Source of the DNA: Agathobacter sp.
Lineage (GTDB): Bacteria; Bacillota; Clostridia; Lachnospirales; Lachnospiraceae
DNA length: 64,000 bases
Direction: 5' to 3'
NCBI GenBank assembly: GCA_036309165.1
Contig: JAXJUI010000053.1
Span: 1,447-65,446 of the forward strand
The translations under genes and the position numbers were made by a program. Each line of letters begins with the position of its first letter. Within the stretch, counting starts at the first letter, position 1. Below are positions 9,823 to 17,953 of the stretch, piece by piece. The notes below the pieces were generated by a model. That model saw only the letters and a list, made by a program, of their open reading frames with translations, was not told the origin of the DNA and searched no databases.

Positions 9823-10650
9823 CTAAAATGTAAAATAATACCCAATTCCATTTGCAAAAATAGAAAGTGCAAAATAGATAATTGGAGCTGTAATAATCAT
9901 ACTGTCAAATCGGTCCAAAATCCCACCATGTCCTGGAATTAATGTACCATAGTCTTTGATATCATAGTTTCTCTTAATTGCTGATGCAGCCAAATCTCCA
10001 ACCATTGAAATAAGTGCCGCAATCATGGAAGCCACAACAATAAAGATAATCTGGTCTGTCACTAAATTCATTTGTTTACTAAATACCATACAGTAAATAA
10101 ACGATAACAATCCCGCACCAATCACGCCTCCAACTGCACCTTCAACGGATTTCTTAGGGCTAAGAATTGGTGACATTTTATGCTTTCCAATAAGTTTTCC
10201 TACACAATATGCAGATGTATCGCATCCCCAAGAACAGATAAAAATAAGGAATGTTAAATATACTCCATGTTCCATATAACGGATTTGTGGAACAAAACTA
10301 AGCATAACTGCAACATAGAAAAATCCAAAAAATGTTGCCATCACTTGTTTTGCATCAAATTTAGGATATGCAAATACATAAATAAATAAGAGCAAAATCA
10401 AAAATGTCATATACAGCAACATATCATTTGATAAAACCTGAAATTTACAATTTACATAAAATAGTATTGCAACAAGATATCCTGGCATAGCTAGAACACT
10501 CTTTTCCACTTTAAATACACGGTAAAGTTCATACATTCCAATAAGAGAAATGATAAGTGTTCCAACCAAAAGCACATCAGCATTAGGAATAATAAGTAAC
10601 ATTGCAACGAGTACCAATACGATACCACTAATCAATCTTGTTTTAAACAT
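9823..10650 (-). CDS. cdsA: Phosphatidate cytidylyltransferase
   Basis: 'SPKKSVEG', 'KDYGTLIPGHGGILDRFDS'; hydrophobic. Confidence 0.95.
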   Translation of the reverse strand: MFKTRLISGIVLVLVAMLLIIPNADVLLVGTLIISLIGMYELYRVFKVEKSVLAMPGYLVAILFYVNCKFQVLSNDMLLYMTFLILLLFIYVFAYPKFDAKQVMATFFGFFYVAVMLSFVPQIRYMEHGVYLTFLIFICSWGCDTSAYCVGKLIGKHKMSPILSPKKSVEGAVGGVIGAGLLSFIYCMVFSKQMNLVTDQIIFIVVASMIAALISMVGDLAASAIKRNYDIKDYGTLIPGHGGILDRFDSMIITAPIIYFALSIFANGIGYYFTF

Positions 10651-10664
10651 AGAAAGCCTCCCAA

Positions 10665-11372
10665 TTATTCTTCTTTTAAGGCACCAAAGCGTCTATCTCT
10701 TTTGTTATACGCTTCAATTGCTTTTTCTAATTCTTCTTTATGAAAATCTGGCCATGGAACATCCGTAAAATAGAACTCCGAATATGCAAGCTGCCACAAC
10801 AAATAATTCGACAAACGTTGTTCTCCACTTGTTCGAATCAACAAATCTGGGTCTGGTAATTCATTGGTATCTAAATATTTAGAAAAGGACTCCTCACTCA
10901 AATCTTCTAATGCAAATTTTCCTTCTTTTTCATCTTGCATCATTTTTCTCATTGCACGAACCATTTCATCACGACTACCATAATTTATTGCAATCGTCAG
11001 ATTTAGTCCTGTATACTTTGCTGAGACTTCTTCTAACTCTTTAATCTTCTTTTGAAAAGACTCTGCAAGTCTTGTTTTGTCCCCGATAATTCTCACTCGA
11101 ATATTATTTTTATCCGCTGTCTTTAAGCAGGTTTTTAAATAGTTTTCCAACAATCCCATAAGCGCTGATACTTCTGAATCTGGACGATTCCAGTTTTCTG
11201 TAGAAAAAGCATAAAATGTCAAATACTTAATTCCCATTTTATACGCATCACGGCATATTTCTTCTACATTTTTTGCTCCCATAGTATGCCCATAATTACG
11301 AGGCATACCTTTGCTTTTTGCCCAGCGACCATTTCCGTCTAAAATAATTGCTACATGCTGTGGAATTTTCAT
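10665..11372 (-). CDS. uppS: Undecaprenyl diphosphate synthase
   Basis: 'HVAIILDGNGRWA', 'FSTENW', 'RTSGEQRLSN'. Start moved to MKIPQH, which has a GAGG SD. Confidence 0.96.
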   Translation of the reverse strand: MKIPQHVAIILDGNGRWAKSKGMPRNYGHTMGAKNVEEICRDAYKMGIKYLTFYAFSTENWNRPDSEVSALMGLLENYLKTCLKTADKNNIRVRIIGDKTRLAESFQKKIKELEEVSAKYTGLNLTIAINYGSRDEMVRAMRKMMQDEKEGKFALEDLSEESFSKYLDTNELPDPDLLIRTSGEQRLSNYLLWQLAYSEFYFTDVPWPDFHKEELEKAIEAYNKRDRRFGALKEE

Positions 11373-11404
11373 ATAGAACCTCTTTTCCTTTTTTGTATCA
11401 TTCC

Positions 11405-11435
11405 AAAAAAGGGACATGCCAAAGGCCATGTCCCC
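11405..11435 (-). terminator. Intrinsic terminator after frr (internal to operon)
   Basis: GGGACATG-gcctttgg-CATGTCCC followed by UUUUUU on the minus strand. Confidence 0.7.
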
Positions 11436-11445
11436 AAAATGTATC

Positions 11446-12000
11446 CTATACTGTAAGAATTTCTTTAGATTTTGCTTCAATTGCTTTATCGATTTTTGCA
11501 ATATAAGAGTCTGTAAGTTTCTGTACTCCGTCTTCTAAATCCTTCACTTCATCTTCTGAGAGACCTTCGGCTTTTCCAGCTTTTTTCATATGGTCAATCG
11601 CATCTCTACGGATGTTTCGGATAGCAACTTTTGCATCTTCACCTTTTTTCTTAATGTCTTTTGCTAATTCTTTTCTTCTTTCCTCTGTTAATTCTGGGAA
11701 TACAAGACGAATTACCTTTCCGTCATTTGATGGATTAATTCCAATATCTGAACACATAATTGCTTTTTCGATTTCTTTTACCATAGAAGCTTCCCATGGT
11801 GCAATCTGAATCATTCTTGGTTCAGGAACACTTACGTTTGCAACACTCTGAATTGGTGTTGGTGTTCCATAATAATCTACACGAATCTTATCTAACACAT
11901 GTGGATTTGCACGTCCTGCACGAACTCCAGCATATTCTTCTTCAAGATTCTGTAATGATTTCTGCATTTTTTCTTCATATACTGATAATCTTGCGTCCAT
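11446..12000 (-). CDS. frr: Ribosome recycling factor
   Basis: 'RAGRANP', 'DYYGTPTP', 'PELTEERRKEL'. Confidence 0.97.
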   Translation of the reverse strand: MDARLSVYEEKMQKSLQNLEEEYAGVRAGRANPHVLDKIRVDYYGTPTPIQSVANVSVPEPRMIQIAPWEASMVKEIEKAIMCSDIGINPSNDGKVIRLVFPELTEERRKELAKDIKKKGEDAKVAIRNIRRDAIDHMKKAGKAEGLSEDEVKDLEDGVQKLTDSYIAKIDKAIEAKSKEILTV

Positions 12001-12012
12001 ATTATCCTCCTA

Positions 12013-12708
12013 TTATACCGTAACTTTTGTTCCGCTAAATTCTCCGCTCATCGCTTTTACAATACTATCTTCTTCATTCAAACCAAATACAAACATTGGC
12101 ATTTTGTTTTCCATACACATAATAGATGCTGTCAAATCAACAACTGCAAGTTTCTTATCGATAACTTCCTGAATAGACACCTCATCATATTTTTTTGCAT
12201 TTGGGTTTGTTTTTGGATCACTGTCATATACACCATCGACAGCTTTTGCCAACATAATACCATCAGCTTCAATTTCAATTGCACGAAGCACTGTTGCAGT
12301 ATCCGTTGAAAAGTATGGATGACCTGTACCGCCCGCAAAAAATACTACCATATTGTGTTCAAAATATTTATTTGCACGATCTTTTGAAAAGAGCTTTGTC
12401 ATTGAACCGCATTCAAATGGAGTAAGTACCTGTGTTTTCATACCAACCGATCTAAAAATTTCAGATACATAAATACAATTCATAACAGTTGCAAGCATTC
12501 CAATTTGATCTGCCTTTGTACGATCAATTGTCTCACTTGTACGTCCTCTCCAGAAGTTTCCACCTCCGATAACGATTCCAACCTGAACGCCCTGATCAAC
12601 GATTTTTTTAACCTGTCTTGCAACTTCTGTTACCGTAGGTTCGTCAAATCCAGTATGTTTTTCACCAGCCAAAGCTTCTCCACTTAATTTTAATAAAATA
12701 CGTTTCAT
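12013..12708 (-). CDS. pyrH: UMP kinase
   Basis: 'LLKLSGEAL', 'GGGNFWRG', 'GHPYFSTD'. Confidence 0.97.
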   Translation of the reverse strand: MKRILLKLSGEALAGEKHTGFDEPTVTEVARQVKKIVDQGVQVGIVIGGGNFWRGRTSETIDRTKADQIGMLATVMNCIYVSEIFRSVGMKTQVLTPFECGSMTKLFSKDRANKYFEHNMVVFFAGGTGHPYFSTDTATVLRAIEIEADGIMLAKAVDGVYDSDPKTNPNAKKYDEVSIQEVIDKKLAVVDLTASIMCMENKMPMFVFGLNEEDSIVKAMSGEFSGTKVTV

Positions 12709-12724
12709 TTAAAAAGTTCCCTTT

Positions 12725-13480
12725 CTATTTAAATAATCCCTGAACATCAATATCAGCATAACACTGTGAGCAGAAACCTTCAATCACAGCACCATTGTTA
12801 ATCTGAACTGAACGAGATTTAATATTACCCATGATAACTGCTGATGTATCAATTACAACTGGGCCCTGAACATCAATATCACCTTTTACAGCACCGGCGA
12901 TTACTGCTGATGTTGCAGATATATTTCCAATAATTACAGAACCCGCTCCAACTTTAACAGTTCCTGAAGAAGCAACTTCACCTTCAATTTTTGCAACATC
13001 TGCAAAGAATTCTGATGAAGAGCTGTTACCATTGATTGTTCCTGTAACAACTAATTTTCCATTACATGTAACATTACCATTAATTGTTCCCTGAATATCT
13101 AAAGAACCTGCTGAAGAAATATCACCTGATAAAGTTGTGCTTGCTGTAATTACAGATGTTTCATCAACTACTGGTGTTGTTTCTACTGGTGTTGTTTCCT
13201 TTACTGGTGTTTCAACTACTGGTGTATCCATTACTAATTTCTCCTCTTTTTTCACTGGTATTTCATCTTTAACAGGCGCTACTTTTTCTACTTTTTCTTC
13301 TTTCACCTGTTCTAGTAAGCCATCTAATTTTGATAATTCTGACTTAACATCAACATCTTCTCCTAATGTGTCAACCACAAGATTATCTACGTTTTCTTCT
13401 GTTTCAGGCATATCTCCACCTGGAATCATTTCATTGACAGCTTGAGAAAAATCTTCCTTAAAATCCTTAAATAGTCCCAT
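12725..13480 (-). CDS. Bactofilin (polymer-forming cytoskeletal protein) with extended beta-helix
   Basis: Beta-helix repeats 'SVITASTTLSGDI..AGSLDIQGTINGNV', 'VKGDIDV.GPVVI...AVIMGNI.SRSVQINNGAVIEG'. Start moved to MGLFK, which has a GGAGGA SD. Confidence 0.85.
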   Translation of the reverse strand: MGLFKDFKEDFSQAVNEMIPGGDMPETEENVDNLVVDTLGEDVDVKSELSKLDGLLEQVKEEKVEKVAPVKDEIPVKKEEKLVMDTPVVETPVKETTPVETTPVVDETSVITASTTLSGDISSAGSLDIQGTINGNVTCNGKLVVTGTINGNSSSSEFFADVAKIEGEVASSGTVKVGAGSVIIGNISATSAVIAGAVKGDIDVQGPVVIDTSAVIMGNIKSRSVQINNGAVIEGFCSQCYADIDVQGLFK

Positions 13481-13502
13481 TCTATTCCTCCATGTTCTTC
13501 TA

Positions 13503-14447
13503 TTAAACACTTTCTGCTTTAATGTATTGAATAACATTTGTATTTTTATCTATCGGTAAAACATCTGCTCCCATTGTATCTAATTCATCAAGTAATGGGA
13601 TAAGCGCCTCAACCGTTGTAGACTTATTCTTATCATCGTGCAATAAAACAACCGATGTTTTGTACTTTTCTACTCCAGTGATCACATTATTTACAACCTC
13701 TTCTGAAGTATATGTACTCGCTGCATCACCTGCAGACACATTCCAATCATAATAAGTGATTTGGTTTTCATTTAGAACTCTTACCAAATCAACCATATTT
13801 ACATTACTAATTTGATTACCACTTCCACCAGGGAAACGATAATATTCACTTTTAACCCCAGTCACTTCAAATAAGTAATCGGATAATTGTGTATAATCTG
13901 ATATAAACGATTCTTTTGAGGCATAAATGGTGCTATATTGATTCGAAAAAGAATGCATTCCTAATGTATGTCCTTCATCCACAATACGTTTATATATTTC
14001 TTTTGCCTCTTCACTTTCATCACCAACTACAAAGAAGGTTGCTTTAATATTACGTTCTTTTAGAACATCCAATATTGCATCCGTGTTTTCACTTGGAATA
14101 CAATCAAACGTCAAATATACTTGGTGAACATCACCTTCTGACGCCATATTTTCAGGTGAATCAATTCCCGTTTCAACGCCGTAGAATTCTGTACCATATG
14201 TCAAATTAACATCATCATCTATATTCGCTTCATTGTCATCGACTTTTTCCGAACTAATGATACTTGCGTTTGTTAATTTGTCTAACTTTCTATTTACAGA
14301 AATAAGTTGTACAAACAATATAATAATCGAAATAAATGACAACAACATCCAACCGGAAATCGTCATAATAATCATTGTTTTCATGCGATTAATTCGTTTG
14401 CGGCGTTCTCGTTGCTGATTCAATGTTTCTTGCTCTTTTGTTCCCAC
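13503..14447 (-). CDS. Membrane-anchored polysaccharide deacetylase (CE4/NodB)-like protein with degenerate metal site
   Basis: Basic N-terminus plus TM helix; 'YLTFDCIP', 'KATFFV', 'EGHTLGMHS', 'RFPGGS', 'VLLHD'. Confidence 0.85.
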   Translation of the reverse strand: MGTKEQETLNQQRERRKRINRMKTMIIMTISGWMLLSFISIIILFVQLISVNRKLDKLTNASIISSEKVDDNEANIDDDVNLTYGTEFYGVETGIDSPENMASEGDVHQVYLTFDCIPSENTDAILDVLKERNIKATFFVVGDESEEAKEIYKRIVDEGHTLGMHSFSNQYSTIYASKESFISDYTQLSDYLFEVTGVKSEYYRFPGGSGNQISNVNMVDLVRVLNENQITYYDWNVSAGDAASTYTSEEVVNNVITGVEKYKTSVVLLHDDKNKSTTVEALIPLLDELDTMGADVLPIDKNTNVIQYIKAESV

Positions 14448-14478
14448 TTTTCTCCTCCAACGAGTAATGTCCTTTTCT

Positions 14479-14507
14479 ATTTTACCATATATTCAAATAA
14501 AGTAAAC
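14479..14507 (-). promoter_or_regulatory. Candidate promoter for the deacetylase-bactofilin-pyrH unit
   Basis: TTTACT-16-TAAAAT with TGn extension, downstream of the tsf terminator. It also loosely fits a SigF-type GTTTA-15-TGGTAAAATA. Confidence 0.4.
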
Positions 14508-14534
14508 CACATTTTGAAAGTTAAATCATGGTAT

Positions 14535-14579
14535 AACAAACCCCTTTGAAATTGCATTTTTTATCAATTTCAAAGGGGT
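14535..14579 (-). terminator. Intrinsic terminator after tsf
   Basis: 14-bp stem CCCCTTTGAAATTG/CAATTTCAAAGGGG followed by UUUGUU. Confidence 0.8.
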
Positions 14580-14605
14580 GATAGATGCTCTAAATTTTGT
14601 ATGAA

Positions 14606-15541
14606 TTAAGCATTCATCTGAGCTGCAACTTCAGCTGCAAAATCTTCCTGTTTCTTTTCGATTCCTTCACCAGTTTCGAAACGAACAAATTTCTTAAGTG
14701 TAACTGTTGTTCCAACAGCTTTTGAAACTTCTTCCATATATTTTGCAACAGTCTGTTTTCCGTCTTCGGCTTTAACGTAAACCTGATCTACCAAACAGAT
14801 TTCTTTTAATTCTTTGCTGATACGTCCTTCGATCATACCATTAATTACTTTCTCTGGTTTCTGTGATTCTTTAGGATCGTTCATGATCTGTGCAAGAAGA
14901 ATTTCTTTTTCATGTGCGATATATTCAGCACTAATTTCATCTCTTGAAACATATTTTGGATTTAATGCAGCAATCTGCATTGCTACATTTGTTAATGCTT
15001 CTTTAACATCATCATTAACTGTAGCTGTTTCAGCTTCAACGATAACACCGATTCTTCCGCCGCCATGTACGTATGATACTACACATCCATTAGCTGCAAC
15101 GATTTTTTCAAATCTTCTAATTTTAAGATTTTCACCGATTACTGCAACTTTTTCTACTAATGCTTCGCTTACTGATTTTGAAGTATCTTCATTCCAAGCT
15201 TCTGCCATGAATGCATCCATGTCAGCCGCATCAGAATTAACTGCCTGTGTTGCTACTGCAGCAACAAACTCTTTAAATGTATCATTTTTAGCAACGAAGT
15301 CTGTTTCTGAGTTAACTTCAACAACAGCTGCTGTCTGATCATCTTTAAGAACAACTGCACAAAGACCTTCTGCTGCGATACGGCTAGCTTTTTTCTCAGC
15401 TTTAGCCTGTCCATTCTTTCTTAAGAATTCAACAGCTTCTTCCATATTTCCGTTTGTTTCATTTAATGCTTTTTTGCAATCCATCATACCTGCACCGGTG
15501 ATTTCACGCAATTCTTTTACCATACCTGCTGTAATTGCCAT
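14606..15541 (-). CDS. tsf: Translation elongation factor Ts
   Basis: 'VKELREITGAGMMDCKKAL', 'EVNSETDFVA'. Start set by GGAGG SD spacing. Confidence 0.97.
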   Translation of the reverse strand: MAITAGMVKELREITGAGMMDCKKALNETNGNMEEAVEFLRKNGQAKAEKKASRIAAEGLCAVVLKDDQTAAVVEVNSETDFVAKNDTFKEFVAAVATQAVNSDAADMDAFMAEAWNEDTSKSVSEALVEKVAVIGENLKIRRFEKIVAANGCVVSYVHGGGRIGVIVEAETATVNDDVKEALTNVAMQIAALNPKYVSRDEISAEYIAHEKEILLAQIMNDPKESQKPEKVINGMIEGRISKELKEICLVDQVYVKAEDGKQTVAKYMEEVSKAVGTTVTLKKFVRFETGEGIEKKQEDFAAEVAAQMNA

Positions 15542-15583
15542 TTCCATGTCCTCCGACTTTTTTAGATTTATATAAATACCAAA

Positions 15584-16312
15584 TTATGCTTCTTCTTCTG
15601 TTGCTACTTCTTCAACTACAACTTCTTCAGCACCCTGTTTTGCTTCAATAACAGCATCTGCCATTTTTGAAACGATTAATTTTACTGCTCTGATTGCATC
15701 ATCGTTACCTGGAATTACATAATCTAATTCATCTGGATCACAGTTTGTATCAGCGATACCAACAAGTGTGATTCCTAATGAATGAGCTTCCTGGATACAA
15801 ATTCTTTCTTTCTTAGGATCTACTACGAAGATTGCATCTGGGATTCTCTTCATATTTTTAATACCACCAAGGTTCTTTTCAAGTTTATCCCATTCTTTTT
15901 TAAGTGCGATAACTTCTTTTTTAGGAAGAACATCAAATGTTCCATCTTCTGCCATAGCTTCGATAGCTTTTAATCTAGCAATACGACTCTGGATTGTTCT
16001 GAAGTTTGTAAGCATACCACCTAACCATCTTTCGTTTACGTAGTACATTCCACAACGTTCAGCTTCAGATTTGATAGCATCCTGTGCCTGTTTTTTTGTT
16101 CCTACAAAAAGAATTTCTCCACCCTGTGCTGCAATATCAGAAATTGCATCATAAGCTTCGTCTACTTTACCTACAGATTTCTGTAAGTCAATGATATAGA
16201 TACCATTTCTTTCTGTGTAAATGTATGGAGCCATTTTTGGGTTCCATCTTCTTGTCTGGTGTCCAAAATGTACACCTGCTTCAAGTAACTGTTTCATTGA
16301 AATAACGCTCAT
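15584..16312 (-). CDS. rpsB: 30S ribosomal protein S2
   Basis: '[22 protein letters not shown]', 'PGNDDAIR'. Start at MSVIS with GGAGG SD. Confidence 0.98.
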   Translation of the reverse strand: MSVISMKQLLEAGVHFGHQTRRWNPKMAPYIYTERNGIYIIDLQKSVGKVDEAYDAISDIAAQGGEILFVGTKKQAQDAIKSEAERCGMYYVNERWLGGMLTNFRTIQSRIARLKAIEAMAEDGTFDVLPKKEVIALKKEWDKLEKNLGGIKNMKRIPDAIFVVDPKKERICIQEAHSLGITLVGIADTNCDPDELDYVIPGNDDAIRAVKLIVSKMADAVIEAKQGAEEVVVEEVATEEEA

Positions 16313-16415
16313 TTTTCTTACCTCCATTGGTTGTTTTCTTCCATGTGTTTCCTTTGCCAAAGCACCGAAAAGCGTTAAATCGGCACCGGCTTTGACTTCC
16401 GCACATGTGATTAAT
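16313..16415 (-). ncRNA. rpsB 5' leader, probable S2 autogenous regulatory RNA
   Basis: ~110-nt GC-enriched leader; CAUGUG pairs with CACAUG enclosing a GCCGGUGC...GGC hairpin; expected position. Confidence 0.6.
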
Positions 16416-16432
16416 ATTTTTAAGCCTTTGGA

Positions 16433-16461
16433 ATTATATCATACCAAAGGCTTTTACGCAA
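16433..16461 (-). promoter_or_regulatory. SigA promoter of rpsB-tsf
   Basis: TTGCGT-17-TATAAT with TGn extension. Confidence 0.8.
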
Positions 16462-16488
16462 GTGCTTTATTTAATTATAAATATATCT

Positions 16489-16950
16489 CTACTGCTGATG
16501 TGTAACTATCTCACCAATCTCGTCATAGGTGGCTCCAAAAGGAATTACATGTTCCCCTGCAACAATGTCATCTGCATATCCTTTTTCACCCATATAATTA
16601 CGAAACTCTTCTGCATCTGCGACCATTCCCGCTTCATATAATTCTTCTGCTATCTCACGACAGACGGTACCTATTTCTATATTAATTGTGTAAGACTCCA
16701 ATTGTTCACTTTCTGATTCCGTTTCACTTTGATTTTCAGAATCATTTTCTTGTATTTCTGAATTTTCTTTTATCTCCAAATCTTCTTCTGTTTCCGAATC
16801 ATCTACCATGACCATTCCAAGAGCTTCTGCTCTATTAATAATTTCTTGATCAGTTAGCTTCTCTTTTCTAACATTTCCAGAAATTGCAAGAATAAGGACT
16901 GTTGCTATAATCCCAAGCCCTAAGCCTCTTAAATAGTATTTAAATCTCAT
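16489..16950 (-). CDS. Single-TM protein with MltG/YceG N-terminal (LysM-like) domain and no catalytic domain; SweC-like architecture
   Basis: TM helix, acidic linker, 'TINIEIG...EIAEELYEAGMV.DAEEF...IVAGEHVI..GATYDEI'. Confidence 0.6.
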   Translation of the reverse strand: MRFKYYLRGLGLGIIATVLILAISGNVRKEKLTDQEIINRAEALGMVMVDDSETEEDLEIKENSEIQENDSENQSETESESEQLESYTINIEIGTVCREIAEELYEAGMVADAEEFRNYMGEKGYADDIVAGEHVIPFGATYDEIGEIVTHQQ

Positions 16951-17611
16951 GATCTATTTCTCCTTTAAAAAGCCCAATTACCAGTTTAACTTCTCCAAGT
17001 CCAAGACCTAGTTCTTTTGCAATTTCTACGTCAGTTTTTCCATCCTTCTTTAATTGTAAAATTGCATCATTATGATTCACTTCGTTTGAACTAGAACCAG
17101 TAGATTCCATTAATACTTGTTTTTCATCAATAGGTTCATTTTTTTCCATATTTTCTTCTAATTCCATTGCAGCCTCTGCAAGTTTTTGTAATATTTCATT
17201 TTCGGTATTTGTCATACGCTCAGAAAATCCTTGCAACTGATTAGCAAGACTTGTAAATTCGCCCTGTTTATCATTTAGCATGCTATAAAGAAACATGATT
17301 TCATTATGGGATTTATTTATTGACTCAAGCACCGTGTCAGAATACTCACTAATCGCCATTATCTTCTCATTCGTAAGTTTCTCCATTTCTCGCTCTGTCT
17401 TTTCCATAGCATCACCAATTTTTTCATCAATTGATTCTTCTATTTTATCATTTGCACTCTTCAATTGCTTTTCTACGATAATTTTAAGTTCATTTTCACT
17501 CAGCTGTGCAATTTGATCCACATCCTTCTTTGATAATTTTTCTTGCACAAAAAAGCTTCCAACTAATAATACTACACCTACAATTACTAATGTAATTTCT
17601 ATTCCACTCAT
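16940..17611 (-). CDS. DUF6115-like protein (TM, coiled coil, C-terminal HTH-like); SwrB/SweD-like architecture
   Basis: N-terminal TM, heptad-rich middle, 'EIAKELGLGLGEVKLV'. Confidence 0.6.
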   Translation of the reverse strand: MSGIEITLVIVGVVLLVGSFFVQEKLSKKDVDQIAQLSENELKIIVEKQLKSANDKIEESIDEKIGDAMEKTEREMEKLTNEKIMAISEYSDTVLESINKSHNEIMFLYSMLNDKQGEFTSLANQLQGFSERMTNTENEILQKLAEAAMELEENMEKNEPIDEKQVLMESTGSSSNEVNHNDAILQLKKDGKTDVEIAKELGLGLGEVKLVIGLFKGEIDHEI

Positions 17612-17624
17612 ATGATTATCCTTA

Positions 17625-17939
17625 TTATATTTTTATGTCGAAACTTGACGTTGTAGTCTTCTTTACAACTTTTCCCTCTTTATTTTCTTCCTTTTTCTTC
17701 TTGTTTCTATTCTGAAAAAATTGCCCTTTTCCTTCATCTTTTGCATTTGTATGATTGTCAAGTTTCTCATTCTTTGAACGATCAAGAACTTTATGACTAA
17801 GCTCTGATTCATGTTTGATAACCTGCTGTTGAATATTCTGCTGATCAACCACAGGTTTATGATCCGCCTGATGTTTTAACACACCAACATCATCCGTTCT
17901 TTGTAGCATTCCATTCAAATTAATCGGGCTAATTGTCAT
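17625..17939 (-). CDS. Hypothetical protein of the flagellar locus tail
   Basis: 104-aa ORF with AGGAG SD, tightly packed, ending 'FDIKI'. Confidence 0.65.
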   Translation of the reverse strand: MTISPINLNGMLQRTDDVGVLKHQADHKPVVDQQNIQQQVIKHESELSHKVLDRSKNEKLDNHTNAKDEGKGQFFQNRNKKKKEENKEGKVVKKTTTSSFDIKI

Positions 17940-17953
17940 AACTATCTCCTACT

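Noticed and set aside
14814..15338. Long antisense ORFs (here opposite tsf; also 24121-24636, 5461-5910, 27996-28418, 38207-38623 and others)
   Set aside because: Shadow frames of conserved genes with Ser/Ile/Phe-rich composition and no recognisable motifs.
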